IMG/VR virus record: IMGVR_UViG_3300043424_000625
Coordinates: 1-64,000 of that record
Origin: an uncultured virus (IMG/VR IMGVR_UViG_3300043424_000625)
Lineage: Duplodnaviria; Heunggongvirae; Uroviricota; Caudoviricetes
DNA length: 64,000 bases
Reading direction: 5' to 3' (one strand)
Shown here: positions 55,197 through 64,000 of the stretch, piece by piece
How positions within the stretch are numbered: the first letter of the stretch is position 1
Layout: every line of letters starts with the position of its first letter
Notes under the pieces: generated by a model
Told to the model about the DNA's origin: nothing
Database searches by the model: none
Seen by the model: the letters and a program-made list of their open reading frames with translations, nothing else
Made by a program: the position numbers and the translations under genes

Positions 55197-55769
55197 ATGA
55201 AGATCGTCATCCAGAACGTCGTACGTGATCCGAGCACGCATGAGATTCGACGTCGCAATCCCGGCTCCGTGACGCCGTCTCCGGTGATTGCGGGTGCCCA
55301 TCTTCCACCGCGCCGCAGTCGGAACGTGGACACTTCGGTGCTCCAGCCTGCTGATGTGCGCTACATCATTGAGCTGATCTCTTGCGGCGTAGTCCGCGTG
55401 TTTTCGGCATCCCCGTTTGCGGAGTTGTCCGAGTCTCATCTTCGCGGGCTGTTGTCTGCCGAAGTAGCGGCACCCGAGGTGGCTGCGCCGCCTCCTGTCG
55501 TAGAAACTCCTCCCGCACCGCCGGAACCGATTGCGGTATCTCCTACTGTGGAGGCACCTCCCGTAGAGGAGCCTACCGTAGAGGATCCCGAGGCCGCTCC
55601 CGAGAGCCTTACGTGGGCGGAGGACGAGGGCGCACCTGGACTCCGCGAGTCTTTGCTCGAGCTGACCAATGCCAAGCTGCGCGCCAAGTTGGCTGAGGTC
55701 GGCGGTGGCAATGGTACAGGTCTCTCCAAGTCCCAGCTTGTCGACGCCATCCTTGAGAGGATCGCATGA
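55197..55769 (+). CDS. Hypothetical protein with Pro/Glu linker and C-terminal HeH (Rho-N/LEM-like) motif
   Basis: GAGGA RBS before ATG 55197; LLELTNAKLRAKLAEVG....GLSKSQLVDAIL. Confidence 0.65.
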   Translation: MKIVIQNVVRDPSTHEIRRRNPGSVTPSPVIAGAHLPPRRSRNVDTSVLQPADVRYIIELISCGVVRVFSASPFAELSESHLRGLLSAEVAAPEVAAPPPVVETPPAPPEPIAVSPTVEAPPVEEPTVEDPEAAPESLTWAEDEGAPGLRESLLELTNAKLRAKLAEVGGGNGTGLSKSQLVDAILERIA

Positions 55770-56233
55770 TCGTCCACAACATCAGTGACCGGCCGAACAC
55801 CGCGTCCCTCCCGACCGCAATCTGCGTGGGCAACACTCTCATCCGCCCCGGCAAGTTTTCTGAGATCCCCGAAGGGGACATCAGCGAAAAGGTCCGTAAG
55901 CTGCACGGGTCGCACCTGTGGATCGGACGCACGCTTCCTCCGAAGTTCACTTCGACGAGCAAGAGTGCGCTTCGCAATCTACAGGTGACCACGACGCCGA
56001 TGACGCAGGATGAGGCGCTGGCGTATCTGCGCACACTGGAGAAGGAGGATCTTCTCGGGCTGTGTCAGCAGATCTCCCCTCCTCTTGTGTTCAACAAGTC
56101 GCCTGGACCGCAGATGCTGGCCATCCTGCTGTCTCGTGCGATCTTCAAGGACGGCGTGCAGGTAAACCCGGAGTCCTTCTTCTGGCTTCGCCGGTGGGCC
56201 AAGCGCGGAACGGACTTTGAGGAGAGAGACTGA
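55766..56233 (+). CDS. Hypothetical protein (155 aa)
   Basis: Coupled in the post-capsid operon. Confidence 0.6.
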   Translation: MIVHNISDRPNTASLPTAICVGNTLIRPGKFSEIPEGDISEKVRKLHGSHLWIGRTLPPKFTSTSKSALRNLQVTTTPMTQDEALAYLRTLEKEDLLGLCQQISPPLVFNKSPGPQMLAILLSRAIFKDGVQVNPESFFWLRRWAKRGTDFEERD

Positions 56234-56733
56234 TGTCCTTTGAGAGCACTACAGTCATTCCCTCGGCGAGCAAGAGGATGAACGAGGTCGTGGCGATGAT
56301 TCGCCTCTACCTGCGCGACTTCCCCGAACTCAATCGTCTGATCTCTGGCGAGGAGACCAGCGATCGCATGATCGCGTGGGCAGTTGTGGACGCCATCGAC
56401 GACTACAACTCGACTCCACCGTTCATTGGGAATGTAGGGCTCAAGAACTTCCCCTCCCTCAGCATGCTGAGGGAGGCGGCAGTCATTCGCATTCTGGAAT
56501 CAGTCGGACTCCTTCAGCTGCGGAACCAGATGAACTACTCGGACGGAGGAATCTCCGTCTCGGTGTCTGACAAGTCTCAGTTCTTGATGGGCTGGATTCA
56601 GATGCTCCGCAATTCCTACGAACAAAAGAAGATGCGGGTGAAGTCTTCGCTGAACGTAGAGTACGCCTTCGAAGGCGGTGGTGTAGAGTCTGAGTACTTC
56701 GTCATCAATGGCGTCTACTTCTCGAACTTCTGA
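56233..56733 (+). CDS. Probable head-tail adaptor (neck) protein
   Basis: Position after capsid; helical, IRLYLRD...A.DDYN..PP...YSDGGISVS. Confidence 0.55.
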   Translation: MSFESTTVIPSASKRMNEVVAMIRLYLRDFPELNRLISGEETSDRMIAWAVVDAIDDYNSTPPFIGNVGLKNFPSLSMLREAAVIRILESVGLLQLRNQMNYSDGGISVSVSDKSQFLMGWIQMLRNSYEQKKMRVKSSLNVEYAFEGGGVESEYFVINGVYFSNF

Positions 56734-57220
56734 GGCTTCCGTGGAAGATCTATTTACCAATCCCCATTCGGATATTCCGGACGCTCTGTGGAAGTCGGCA
56801 TCTCCTATGGAGCGCCAGCTTGCTGCTGTCGAGTACTGGGCAGAGCTTCGTGGTGCTGAGAAGACGGCCAGCGCGCGCCGTCTCCATAAATTGAAGGACT
56901 TCATCAGAGACAACCGTACGATTACCGGAGCTGCTGCGTTGCTGACGGGCGTGCCTGCTGGAGTCCTCACCTACAAGGGGACTGCTCCCAACGAGTCTGG
57001 ACTGACAAAACGAGAGCGTAAGAACTTGGTTACAGAGGCACAGTACAACCAGGCGGACAGTGTGGGAGATATTACGCCAGAATATAAGAAAAAGTTTCTG
57101 GAAATCAACCGGAAGATCGCAGAGCTTGAGAAGGAGAACCCGAAAGCATTTGCGGCCCTCTTTGGAACTGGTGTCGGGCTGGGGACTGCGGGCCTCATGC
57201 GATCCTCCTTGAGGAGCTAA
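56708..57220 (+). CDS. Leader-KxAS protein with two Gly-rich hydrophobic segments
   Basis: WKSAS..EKTAS; ITGAAALLTGVPAGVL and FAALFGTGVGLGTAGLM. Confidence 0.6.
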   Translation: MASTSRTSEASVEDLFTNPHSDIPDALWKSASPMERQLAAVEYWAELRGAEKTASARRLHKLKDFIRDNRTITGAAALLTGVPAGVLTYKGTAPNESGLTKRERKNLVTEAQYNQADSVGDITPEYKKKFLEINRKIAELEKENPKAFAALFGTGVGLGTAGLMRSSLRS

Positions 57221-57222
57221 AC

Positions 57223-58101
57223 GTGCTGCTGCTCCGTAACGAACGCGTTGTTTCTTTCTCCATAAATTACAATGACGTGTTCTGGGAGATCGAGCCGACC
57301 ACTGAGGACGTACAGCAGTACGAGTTTTATGTGGAACGCTCTGAGGCGGAGGCAGGTCCGTGGGACACGATTGCCGGCCCACTGATCGATCAGTATATGA
57401 TCCGAGACAACGCGGTTCATGCAATCACCACAAACGCGCGCACTCTTTTTTATCGGGTCCGGTGTCGACACGTTCCTACAGATCGTGTCGTCTACTCGGC
57501 GACATTTGACCGGGAAGGAAGCCCAAACATTCTAGCGACGGAGATGATCCGACTGGAGCGGGTGCTCTTTGAAGAGTTCGTGGGGGTTCGCTGCTGGCTC
57601 TTTCCCAGACGATCGTTTGGCCAACGGTGCCCAAACTGCTATGATTCCGTACTCGGAAAGACGGTAGATACTCGCTGCCCCACTTGTTGGGGCACTGGCT
57701 TTAGCGGGGGATACCACTACCCAACAGCCTTCTGGGCTCAGATTGATCCCGTTCCGGAGGCGGAGCAGGTATCAAGCGAGGATCACCGTAGAGTGCAGAT
57801 GGCGCAGCTTCGATGCGGACCAAGTCCGGCAATCAAGCCGTTAGATCTGGTTATAGATCATCAGAATAGACGATTTCGGGTGGTGGAGTCGGGAGGCACC
57901 TCCATGTCCGGGGTTCGTGTTCGAGCAGAGGTTAAGATGGTCCTTATCCAGAAAGGCTCTATTGAGGACAAGATTCCTTTAAAAGTGGACACATCGACGG
58001 TAGTATTATCTCCAAGACGTAATTTTCAAAATGCCCAGTCCCAGGAAGCATCCAAAGCCTCTGAGTTCGACGCATTCTCTCTGTATGGAGTACGATCATG
58101 A
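57223..58101 (+). CDS. Probable head-closure/neck protein with FN3-like N-terminus and zinc finger
   Basis: FYVERS...GPW.TI; RCPNCYD...CPTCWGTGF.GGY; neck position. Confidence 0.5.
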   Translation: MLLLRNERVVSFSINYNDVFWEIEPTTEDVQQYEFYVERSEAEAGPWDTIAGPLIDQYMIRDNAVHAITTNARTLFYRVRCRHVPTDRVVYSATFDREGSPNILATEMIRLERVLFEEFVGVRCWLFPRRSFGQRCPNCYDSVLGKTVDTRCPTCWGTGFSGGYHYPTAFWAQIDPVPEAEQVSSEDHRRVQMAQLRCGPSPAIKPLDLVIDHQNRRFRVVESGGTSMSGVRVRAEVKMVLIQKGSIEDKIPLKVDTSTVVLSPRRNFQNAQSQEASKASEFDAFSLYGVRS

Positions 58102-58391
58102 GTGACGAGCCAAAGAATAAAAGATCTGCGGATATTGCAGAGATCGTGGCGCTGCCGGCACTGGCGACAGGTGCCGGTACCTTGCTTGGAGGTATTGGAG
58201 GTGGACTACTTGCTCGCGAGGCCCTGCAGACTCCGGGTGTTGTCTCTCGCCTGGCTAGAATGAGTCCCACAAAGAGAGATCGTGTGTTGGCGGCAGTCTC
58301 TGGGCTGCTGGGCAGCGCGGCAGGCACGGCTGCTGGTGTTGGGTCATTCACGCTAGCTAAGCACCTTCAAGACAAATACGAGAATTCCTAG
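58098..58391 (+). CDS. Small glycine-zipper membrane-type protein
   Basis: ATGAGTLLGGIGGGLL and GLLGSAAGTAAGVG. Confidence 0.6.
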   Translation: MSDEPKNKRSADIAEIVALPALATGAGTLLGGIGGGLLAREALQTPGVVSRLARMSPTKRDRVLAAVSGLLGSAAGTAAGVGSFTLAKHLQDKYENS

Positions 58392-59230
58392 TGAGCTTCG
58401 CGCATACACGACGCGCCGCACTTGAAGTAGGCAGGGGAGATGATCCCGCTGTCTACGCGATGCGTCTGTATGTGCAATATCTTCAGGGCCTCTTTAACTG
58501 GATGCCAGCCGGAACATTCCACTGGGAACCAGACGATGAGGTTTCAGAGATTCTCATTCGAGGACAGGCTCCCCTAAATACGGAAGTAGTGGGCAAGAGA
58601 CCCGCTCTCACCGTTGTGATGGGACCCTACCAGTATGCAGGTATCGGCATCGACAACTTGCTGTCCTACAACATGAACAATGGAGCCCGAAAGAGGACAG
58701 ATCTTCTTTCTGGGTACCTTGTCGTCTACACGCTCGCAGATTCTGACATCGTCGCCATGCGGCTTGCGCACCTCGTCTCACACCACACTCGCGTCAATCA
58801 GCGGCTGTTGGAGAGTCCAGGTGGGTTTTACTCTATCGCACGGCCCTCTCCTACGGTAAACTCTCCCAGTCCTCCAGGTCAGCTTGTTGTCGGCGACCCC
58901 GGGCAGCTGATCATGTGCCAGGTTAACATCCCCTTCCAACTTCAATGGACCTGGGAAACCAGTCCAAAACAGTCTGCCCAGTTCAGGTCTCTCGACCTAA
59001 TCACAGGATCGAGACGCGCATCAGAGTACGAATTCACACCGGACGAGACCATTACTTCTATACGATTGGCGATGAACACCGATGATGTCCGCGTGCGGCG
59101 CCTTGGTGGTGGTAGAATCGTCGACAGAAGTAACGGGATTCCGACCTACCATCAGCCGGTGACTGAGACCATCCACGAAGGGATCGAAGATTTCCAAATC
59201 TCCGGTCTTGAAGACTTCCAGGACGAATAG
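58391..59230 (+). CDS. Probable tail terminator/completion protein
   Basis: Directly upstream of the sheath gene; KRPALTV motif and beta-rich core. Confidence 0.45.
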   Translation: MSFAHTRRAALEVGRGDDPAVYAMRLYVQYLQGLFNWMPAGTFHWEPDDEVSEILIRGQAPLNTEVVGKRPALTVVMGPYQYAGIGIDNLLSYNMNNGARKRTDLLSGYLVVYTLADSDIVAMRLAHLVSHHTRVNQRLLESPGGFYSIARPSPTVNSPSPPGQLVVGDPGQLIMCQVNIPFQLQWTWETSPKQSAQFRSLDLITGSRRASEYEFTPDETITSIRLAMNTDDVRVRRLGGGRIVDRSNGIPTYHQPVTETIHEGIEDFQISGLEDFQDE

Positions 59231-59242
59231 GAGTGACCTCCA

Positions 59243-62200
59243 ATGGCAAGTGAAAACCGCCCCGGCGTCATCGTGGTTCAGGAGCTCCGTGAGACTCCTG
59301 CTGCGGTCGCAACTCCTACCCTCAACCCGGTGGTTGTCGGCCCCTGCTACCAGATCGTGAACGCGATTGACAGCTCTGGCGCGGTCAACGGCGATGCCGA
59401 GTACACCACACAGCGGTACACGCAGACCTCTCTTGCGATCACGCAGGCCGAGTTCCCCGATCCGCGCGACAACATCGATGAGATCAACATCGACGAGTCG
59501 CAGGTCGGCGCACGCCTACTGTACGCAGGCGCACTGACCACGCTGCCGCGTGGTTCGCACGGGAGCACCGGCTCTGCCTTCCTGGCCTCTCTCAACGAGG
59601 CGCGCCGCGCAGTTGTCGTGTTCGACTCTGGGAGCACGGAGTTTGCCTTTGGGAGCACCACGCTTCTTCTAAACATCAAGGCCAACAGCCCGTCTGATGC
59701 GACGCCTACAGTCGTTCCGTTTGTGGGCACGATGTCCCCTGCGGCTGTTGCGGCAGCCCTCGCGGGCGTCCCGGGCGTCACCGTCACCGCGTACTCGGAC
59801 TTGTCGGACTTCGACGCAAGCCTGAGCACGGATTCCGGCGTGGTCATCCAGAGCCGGGTGTTTGGCGCCGCGTCTTCGATCTTCGTCACCGGGAGCGCAC
59901 TACCGACTCTGACGGATGGAGAAAGCTCCGCTCTCGTGGCGGCCTCGACCTACCGGATCGAGGGTTCTGGCTTCCGTGGACAAGATGACTTGGACGGAGA
60001 CCTGACAACTCCGTGGATCGAGTTCCACACGGGCCAGTACCTCGTCAACGCCGCCGTCACTTCGGTTGCCTCTCCCTTCTTCCTTCAGGCGAAGGATGGG
60101 ACACTTGGCGGTGTTGCACCTGCTCCGGTGTTCACCGGCTCCGGCGCGACCGTCCCGCTCAAGGCGGCGACTGCCACGACCCCGGGCGATGAGTTCTGGG
60201 CCGATGGCACTCAGGTCGGCGCAGCGGTTGTGACCGCTGTTGAGAGTGCGCGCTTCAAGCTCGGCACACTCGACTCGTCTCGGTCCACATTCGATGCGGA
60301 CGGTAACCTGTCTTCTGCGGTCTACTCGACTGTCGAGGTCAGCACGCCCTCGGCGATGGTTCCGTTCGCTCCGGTGTACGCGTACTTCATCGCGAACAAT
60401 CTGGTGTGGGGGTCTGTGACTCCTGCCCCGGAAGCGGCGGAACTGTTGGGTGATGACGGGGGCGCCCTTGCTGCCCTCCCCGCGCAGCTTCTTAGCTCGC
60501 CCTTCTCTGCCACGATCCCCGTCCTGACGGGCGGAACGCTCACCTTCCGGATTGTGGAAGACGGCGTCACCCTGGACGACGTGACCCACACGTTCACAGC
60601 GTCTGTCGGGAGCAACCTGGCAGCCGCGGTCACCAGCCTGAACGCCAACACTGCCCTCTCTGCCCTTACCTTCTCCCTGGGCGAAGACAGCGGCGGCGAC
60701 AAGATCCTGATGGTCTCGACCGTCAAGACTGGCGCTGACCAGAGCGTAATGGTTCTTGGGACAGAGTCGACGACGGTCGTGACGACCTTCGGGTTCGCAT
60801 CTGGCGACACGGCCGTTGGCGTGGATGTTGAGTACGCGGAGGTAGCGAGCGTAACCAGCACTGCGCTTGACTTTGCCGGAACGGCATCCGTGACTGTGAC
60901 CGTCACCGCCGCGCTTGGAGACCTCACGCTCAGCTGGGATCTCCCGACGTTGTCTGGTTCAGGCATCGGGTCGGCCGACGAGTTTGCCGCCGCCCTTGCG
61001 GGCGAGACAGCCAGTGGCGGGACCTACCCTCTGTACTTTGAAAACGACACGGGCCTGCAACACGTTGCAAACGTGGTCGCGGTTGGATCCCAGGTCAGAT
61101 TTACACTCGTCCGTGGCGGAGCAGAGAACGACATCACGGTCGCGGTGGCAAACACTGCGCGCATGGCGTTTGGTAGCTCCGCAACCTCGGGCACGGACGC
61201 AGGCGCCGATACACTCAAGAACACGCGCCTGAAGTTCACACTGGACAGCAATCCGCATGTCTACGAGGTGGACTTTACCAGCAACTCGCTCCGTGAGGCG
61301 GTAGACGCCATCAACGAGGCAGTCGGCGGCTCTACGGACATCGCCAGCGAAGATGGACTCGCCCTTCTTCTGACCAGCGCCTTCTCGGGCGCTGCCTCGA
61401 AGATTGAGGTTGTGGACGATGCCGACGATCCGACCTCGACGGCGACGCCGGTCCTCTTCTCAACACTGACGGCTTCGGGCTCAGGCAGGCCGAACCCGAG
61501 CTTCTATGTGGATGGCGAGGGCACGGTACACATCAGCCCGCATGTCCTCCGCAACAGGAGCACGGGTGTTCCGCTGGACCTCACCTCGAGCGGTGCGCGG
61601 GTCTACATCGACTATGTCGGTCTCCGACTGGATGTGACGTCCGCAGCCACAAATCCCGCACTCCTCACCTTCACAGACGTGGAGACGATGGACGCGGCGA
61701 TTGGGCCGATCTCGACAGAGAATCCTCTGGCGCTTGCCTGCTTCCTCATGCTCCAGAACGCCCCGACACAGTCGGTGTCCGCCCTCGGCGTCAGCGCAGT
61801 GAATGACGCTGCCCCGATGGGAACGACCACGGCGCACCTGGCGGCCCTCACGTTCCTGGAGAGCAAGGACGTCTACGCCATCGCTCCGCTGACAGACGAT
61901 CCGTTTGTGCAGCAGCTCTACTCGACTCACGTCGAGAGCATGAGCGCGCCGGAAGAGCGCGGCGAGCGTATCGCGATCATGTGGCAGGGTCTTCCGACTC
62001 GCGCGCAGGATACGTCGATCCTCTCGGGCTCGGATGCTCGCGTCAACGGCGCCTCCAACAGCATCACACTCGGCTCCACGCCGATTGAGGGGCTGGCGGC
62101 ACTTGGGCTGGATCCTGCCGACCTCGAGATCGACGACAACGTCTACCTCGAACTGGTCGTCTCCCTGCTGGGAGAGACGAGCGTCTACCGCTTCTCCGTC

Positions 62201-63013
62201 TCTGCGGTGAACGGAACCGCGCTCACTCTGCGCAGCTCCTTCACCTCGAGCGAGAACACAGATGGGTTCTTTGACACGCCGAGCCTTGACTGGACGGATG
62301 ACGAGAACCTGAGCGACATGACCTTCGCTCTGCGTCAGCGCGGCAGCAAGCTGCTGGTCACCGGCACCTCGCTGACGGACTACGCAGCAGTCGCAGCGAC
62401 CGCAGCCGCCCAGGGAGAGTCCTACAACAGCCGCCGCACCTTCCTGACCTTCAGCGGGAACGTGGACACGAGCATTGATGGCATCGTTACATCAGTGCCC
62501 GGGTACTACGCGTGCGCAGCCATCGCTGCGATGATTGGCGAGCTTCCCCCGCAGCAGCCGTTCACGCTGGTGTCGATGACGGGCTTCTCCAGGGTGTACG
62601 GCACCGACGACACCTTCAGCGAGAACCAGCTCGACACGGTTGCAGACGGCGGCCGTTACATCCTCATCAACCAGGGTGGGCGGATCGCGTCGAGACACCA
62701 GAGGTCGACAAAGAGCACGTCCATCGAGGCGCGCGAGCTATCGATCACCAAGGCCATCGACTTCCTTGCCAAGGGACTTCGGGCCACGAACCGCGTGTAC
62801 ATCGGGCGCTTCGTCATCAACCCCGGCTTCATCGACCAGCTTGTCATGTCGAACGAGGGCTACCTCGCTCGCGCAGTCCAGGCCGGTGTGGTGAACTCGG
62901 CAGCACTCAACGGTGTTCTTCAGGACAGCTCCGCTCCTGATACAGTGCTGATTGAAGTGACGGTCGCTCCGGCGTACCCCTGCAACAAGATCCGCATCAC
63001 CATTGTCTCGTAA
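59243..63013 (+). CDS. Contractile tail sheath protein (1256 aa, large inserted domains)
   Basis: N-terminal RPGVIVVQE..., C-terminal ELSITKAIDF...YIG....V.V.PAYPCNKIRITI; AL..LE..DVYAIAPL. Confidence 0.85.
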   Translation: MASENRPGVIVVQELRETPAAVATPTLNPVVVGPCYQIVNAIDSSGAVNGDAEYTTQRYTQTSLAITQAEFPDPRDNIDEINIDESQVGARLLYAGALTTLPRGSHGSTGSAFLASLNEARRAVVVFDSGSTEFAFGSTTLLLNIKANSPSDATPTVVPFVGTMSPAAVAAALAGVPGVTVTAYSDLSDFDASLSTDSGVVIQSRVFGAASSIFVTGSALPTLTDGESSALVAASTYRIEGSGFRGQDDLDGDLTTPWIEFHTGQYLVNAAVTSVASPFFLQAKDGTLGGVAPAPVFTGSGATVPLKAATATTPGDEFWADGTQVGAAVVTAVESARFKLGTLDSSRSTFDADGNLSSAVYSTVEVSTPSAMVPFAPVYAYFIANNLVWGSVTPAPEAAELLGDDGGALAALPAQLLSSPFSATIPVLTGGTLTFRIVEDGVTLDDVTHTFTASVGSNLAAAVTSLNANTALSALTFSLGEDSGGDKILMVSTVKTGADQSVMVLGTESTTVVTTFGFASGDTAVGVDVEYAEVASVTSTALDFAGTASVTVTVTAALGDLTLSWDLPTLSGSGIGSADEFAAALAGETASGGTYPLYFENDTGLQHVANVVAVGSQVRFTLVRGGAENDITVAVANTARMAFGSSATSGTDAGADTLKNTRLKFTLDSNPHVYEVDFTSNSLREAVDAINEAVGGSTDIASEDGLALLLTSAFSGAASKIEVVDDADDPTSTATPVLFSTLTASGSGRPNPSFYVDGEGTVHISPHVLRNRSTGVPLDLTSSGARVYIDYVGLRLDVTSAATNPALLTFTDVETMDAAIGPISTENPLALACFLMLQNAPTQSVSALGVSAVNDAAPMGTTTAHLAALTFLESKDVYAIAPLTDDPFVQQLYSTHVESMSAPEERGERIAIMWQGLPTRAQDTSILSGSDARVNGASNSITLGSTPIEGLAALGLDPADLEIDDNVYLELVVSLLGETSVYRFSVSAVNGTALTLRSSFTSSENTDGFFDTPSLDWTDDENLSDMTFALRQRGSKLLVTGTSLTDYAAVAATAAAQGESYNSRRTFLTFSGNVDTSIDGIVTSVPGYYACAAIAAMIGELPPQQPFTLVSMTGFSRVYGTDDTFSENQLDTVADGGRYILINQGGRIASRHQRSTKSTSIEARELSITKAIDFLAKGLRATNRVYIGRFVINPGFIDQLVMSNEGYLARAVQAGVVNSAALNGVLQDSSAPDTVLIEVTVAPAYPCNKIRITIVS

Positions 63014-63023
63014 GGAGTGATCC

Positions 63024-63473
63024 ATGCCCAGCGCACCGACTTCCAAGGCCGTTCTCGCAGCACCGTCCTCTCCCTCCCGTTGGCACCAGAAGCGGCTTCA
63101 CCGTCGCCTCGACGACCGTGACTCCGTCCTGGAGGCCGCGATCCAACTCGTTGAGGAGTGGGATCCTGCGGTCTTCCCGTCTATCTCGAAGGTGGCCGGC
63201 TTCGTCTACAACAAGTCCGGGGGCGCCTCCGACGTCGTGATCTCGATTGTCGGCGCCGACTTCACGGCCGACTCCTTGATCACCGTCACGCTCGGCGGAA
63301 CCTCGGTCACTCCGACGAAGGACGTCGGTGCCCAGACCATCACGCTCCCGGGCGCAGCGGTCAACGCAATCACCGACAGTGCGTCCAACCCGATTGGCAC
63401 CCAGCTCATGCTGATGGTCCGGATCGACGGCGTCCTCTGTCCGCCGGTTGCGATGACTGTCATCCTGGCCTGA
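63024..63473 (+). CDS. Hypothetical virion protein with Ig/IPT-like C-terminus
   Basis: AAGGAG RBS; PSISKV...I.IVGADFT....VTLGG pattern. Confidence 0.55.
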   Translation: MPSAPTSKAVLAAPSSPSRWHQKRLHRRLDDRDSVLEAAIQLVEEWDPAVFPSISKVAGFVYNKSGGASDVVISIVGADFTADSLITVTLGGTSVTPTKDVGAQTITLPGAAVNAITDSASNPIGTQLMLMVRIDGVLCPPVAMTVILA

Positions 63474-63505
63474 TTTCTTCAATACCTTCTTAGAGGACAG
63501 CACTC

Positions 63506-64000
63506 ATGGCATCTCTCTCACAATGGTCGCCCTACGAGGACTTCGTCCAGGGCGGTATGGTCGACGGCCGGTTCATGAGCGCGGCGTACACCGTGATCTG
63601 TGCCGGCCCGCCTCGGCTTGCCAACGTGGGTGGCCCCGAGTTCCTCGGTGCTGCCCTCACCGCCGGAAGTGCGGCTGAAGACATGTTGGCCTACCCCATT
63701 GGGGTAGTCCAGAACTTCAACCTGTCGCACAACATGCAGGTCAACCGCATCTTCGAGTTGGGCTCCGTGCGCAGCTACCACATCCCCGGCCGTGTCATGG
63801 GACAGATCGGCCTGGGTCGTGTGCTGTACCACGGGCCCTCGCTGCTGCGGGTCCTGTATGCCTACTACCAGGACATCATCCCTCCCACCTTCGTCCAGCC
63901 GGTGTTCTCGAACATCGGTGCGGCGACCGTGGCGAACCCGCACGATGTCATCATCCCGCCTGGCTATGAGAACATCTTCCTCAACCTGGCTTCCGACTTG
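63506..64000 (+). CDS. Tail tube protein, 3'-truncated; not in the ORF track
   Basis: GAGGA RBS; MASLSQWSPY...YPIGVVQNFNLSHNMQVNRIFELGS.RSY.IPGR, open to the window end; follows the sheath. Confidence 0.7.
   Translation, partial: MASLSQWSPYEDFVQGGMVDGRFMSAAYTVICAGPPRLANVGGPEFLGAALTAGSAAEDMLAYPIGVVQNFNLSHNMQVNRIFELGSVRSYHIPGRVMGQIGLGRVLYHGPSLLRVLYAYYQDIIPPTFVQPVFSNIGAATVANPHDVIIPPGYENIFLNLASDL

Noticed and set aside
57223..63473. Extracellular contractile injection system or tailocin rather than a phage
   Set aside because: Portal, terminase, capsid and a full replication module are present
1..64000. tRNA/rRNA genes, integrase, lysis cassette, host assignment
   Set aside because: None recognised by eye; intergenic gaps are short; the sequence alone does not support a host call

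Overview
The whole window reads as part of the genome of an uncultured-type contractile-tailed (myovirus-like) bacteriophage; no host chromosomal genes, tRNAs, integrase or CRISPR array were recognised. Layout: (1) the end of a tail/baseplate module (1-7.9 kb, +). (2) A compact replication/recombination operon (7.9-22.5 kb, -): RusA, Cas4-like nuclease, Hjc-like resolvase, RecA, HU, family A DNA polymerase, probable SSB, primase, DnaB helicase, an altered family-4 UDG and an SF2 helicase. (3) A long + strand morphogenesis region (22.6-64 kb): portal, a single-chain beta-beta' multisubunit RNA polymerase (2116 aa), spike, terminase, prohead protease, major capsid, neck, a 1256-aa sheath and the tube, interrupted by three short - strand islands. 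The most striking unexplained structure is a set of about 15 head-region proteins studded with a K-x-A-(S/A/G) motif. Several share N-terminal leaders (MDK[I/L]AAYQ..., F..EL.K.A) and carry glycine-zipper membrane-type segments just after the motif. I interpret this as a candidate protease-processed, capsid-packaged modular cargo system built around an assemblin-fold protease. A conserved octamer (GTCATAAG, followed by a hairpin) precedes - strand genes at three of the four divergent junctions and is a candidate promoter for the phage RNAP. All functional calls come from reading motifs by eye; no database searches were run.
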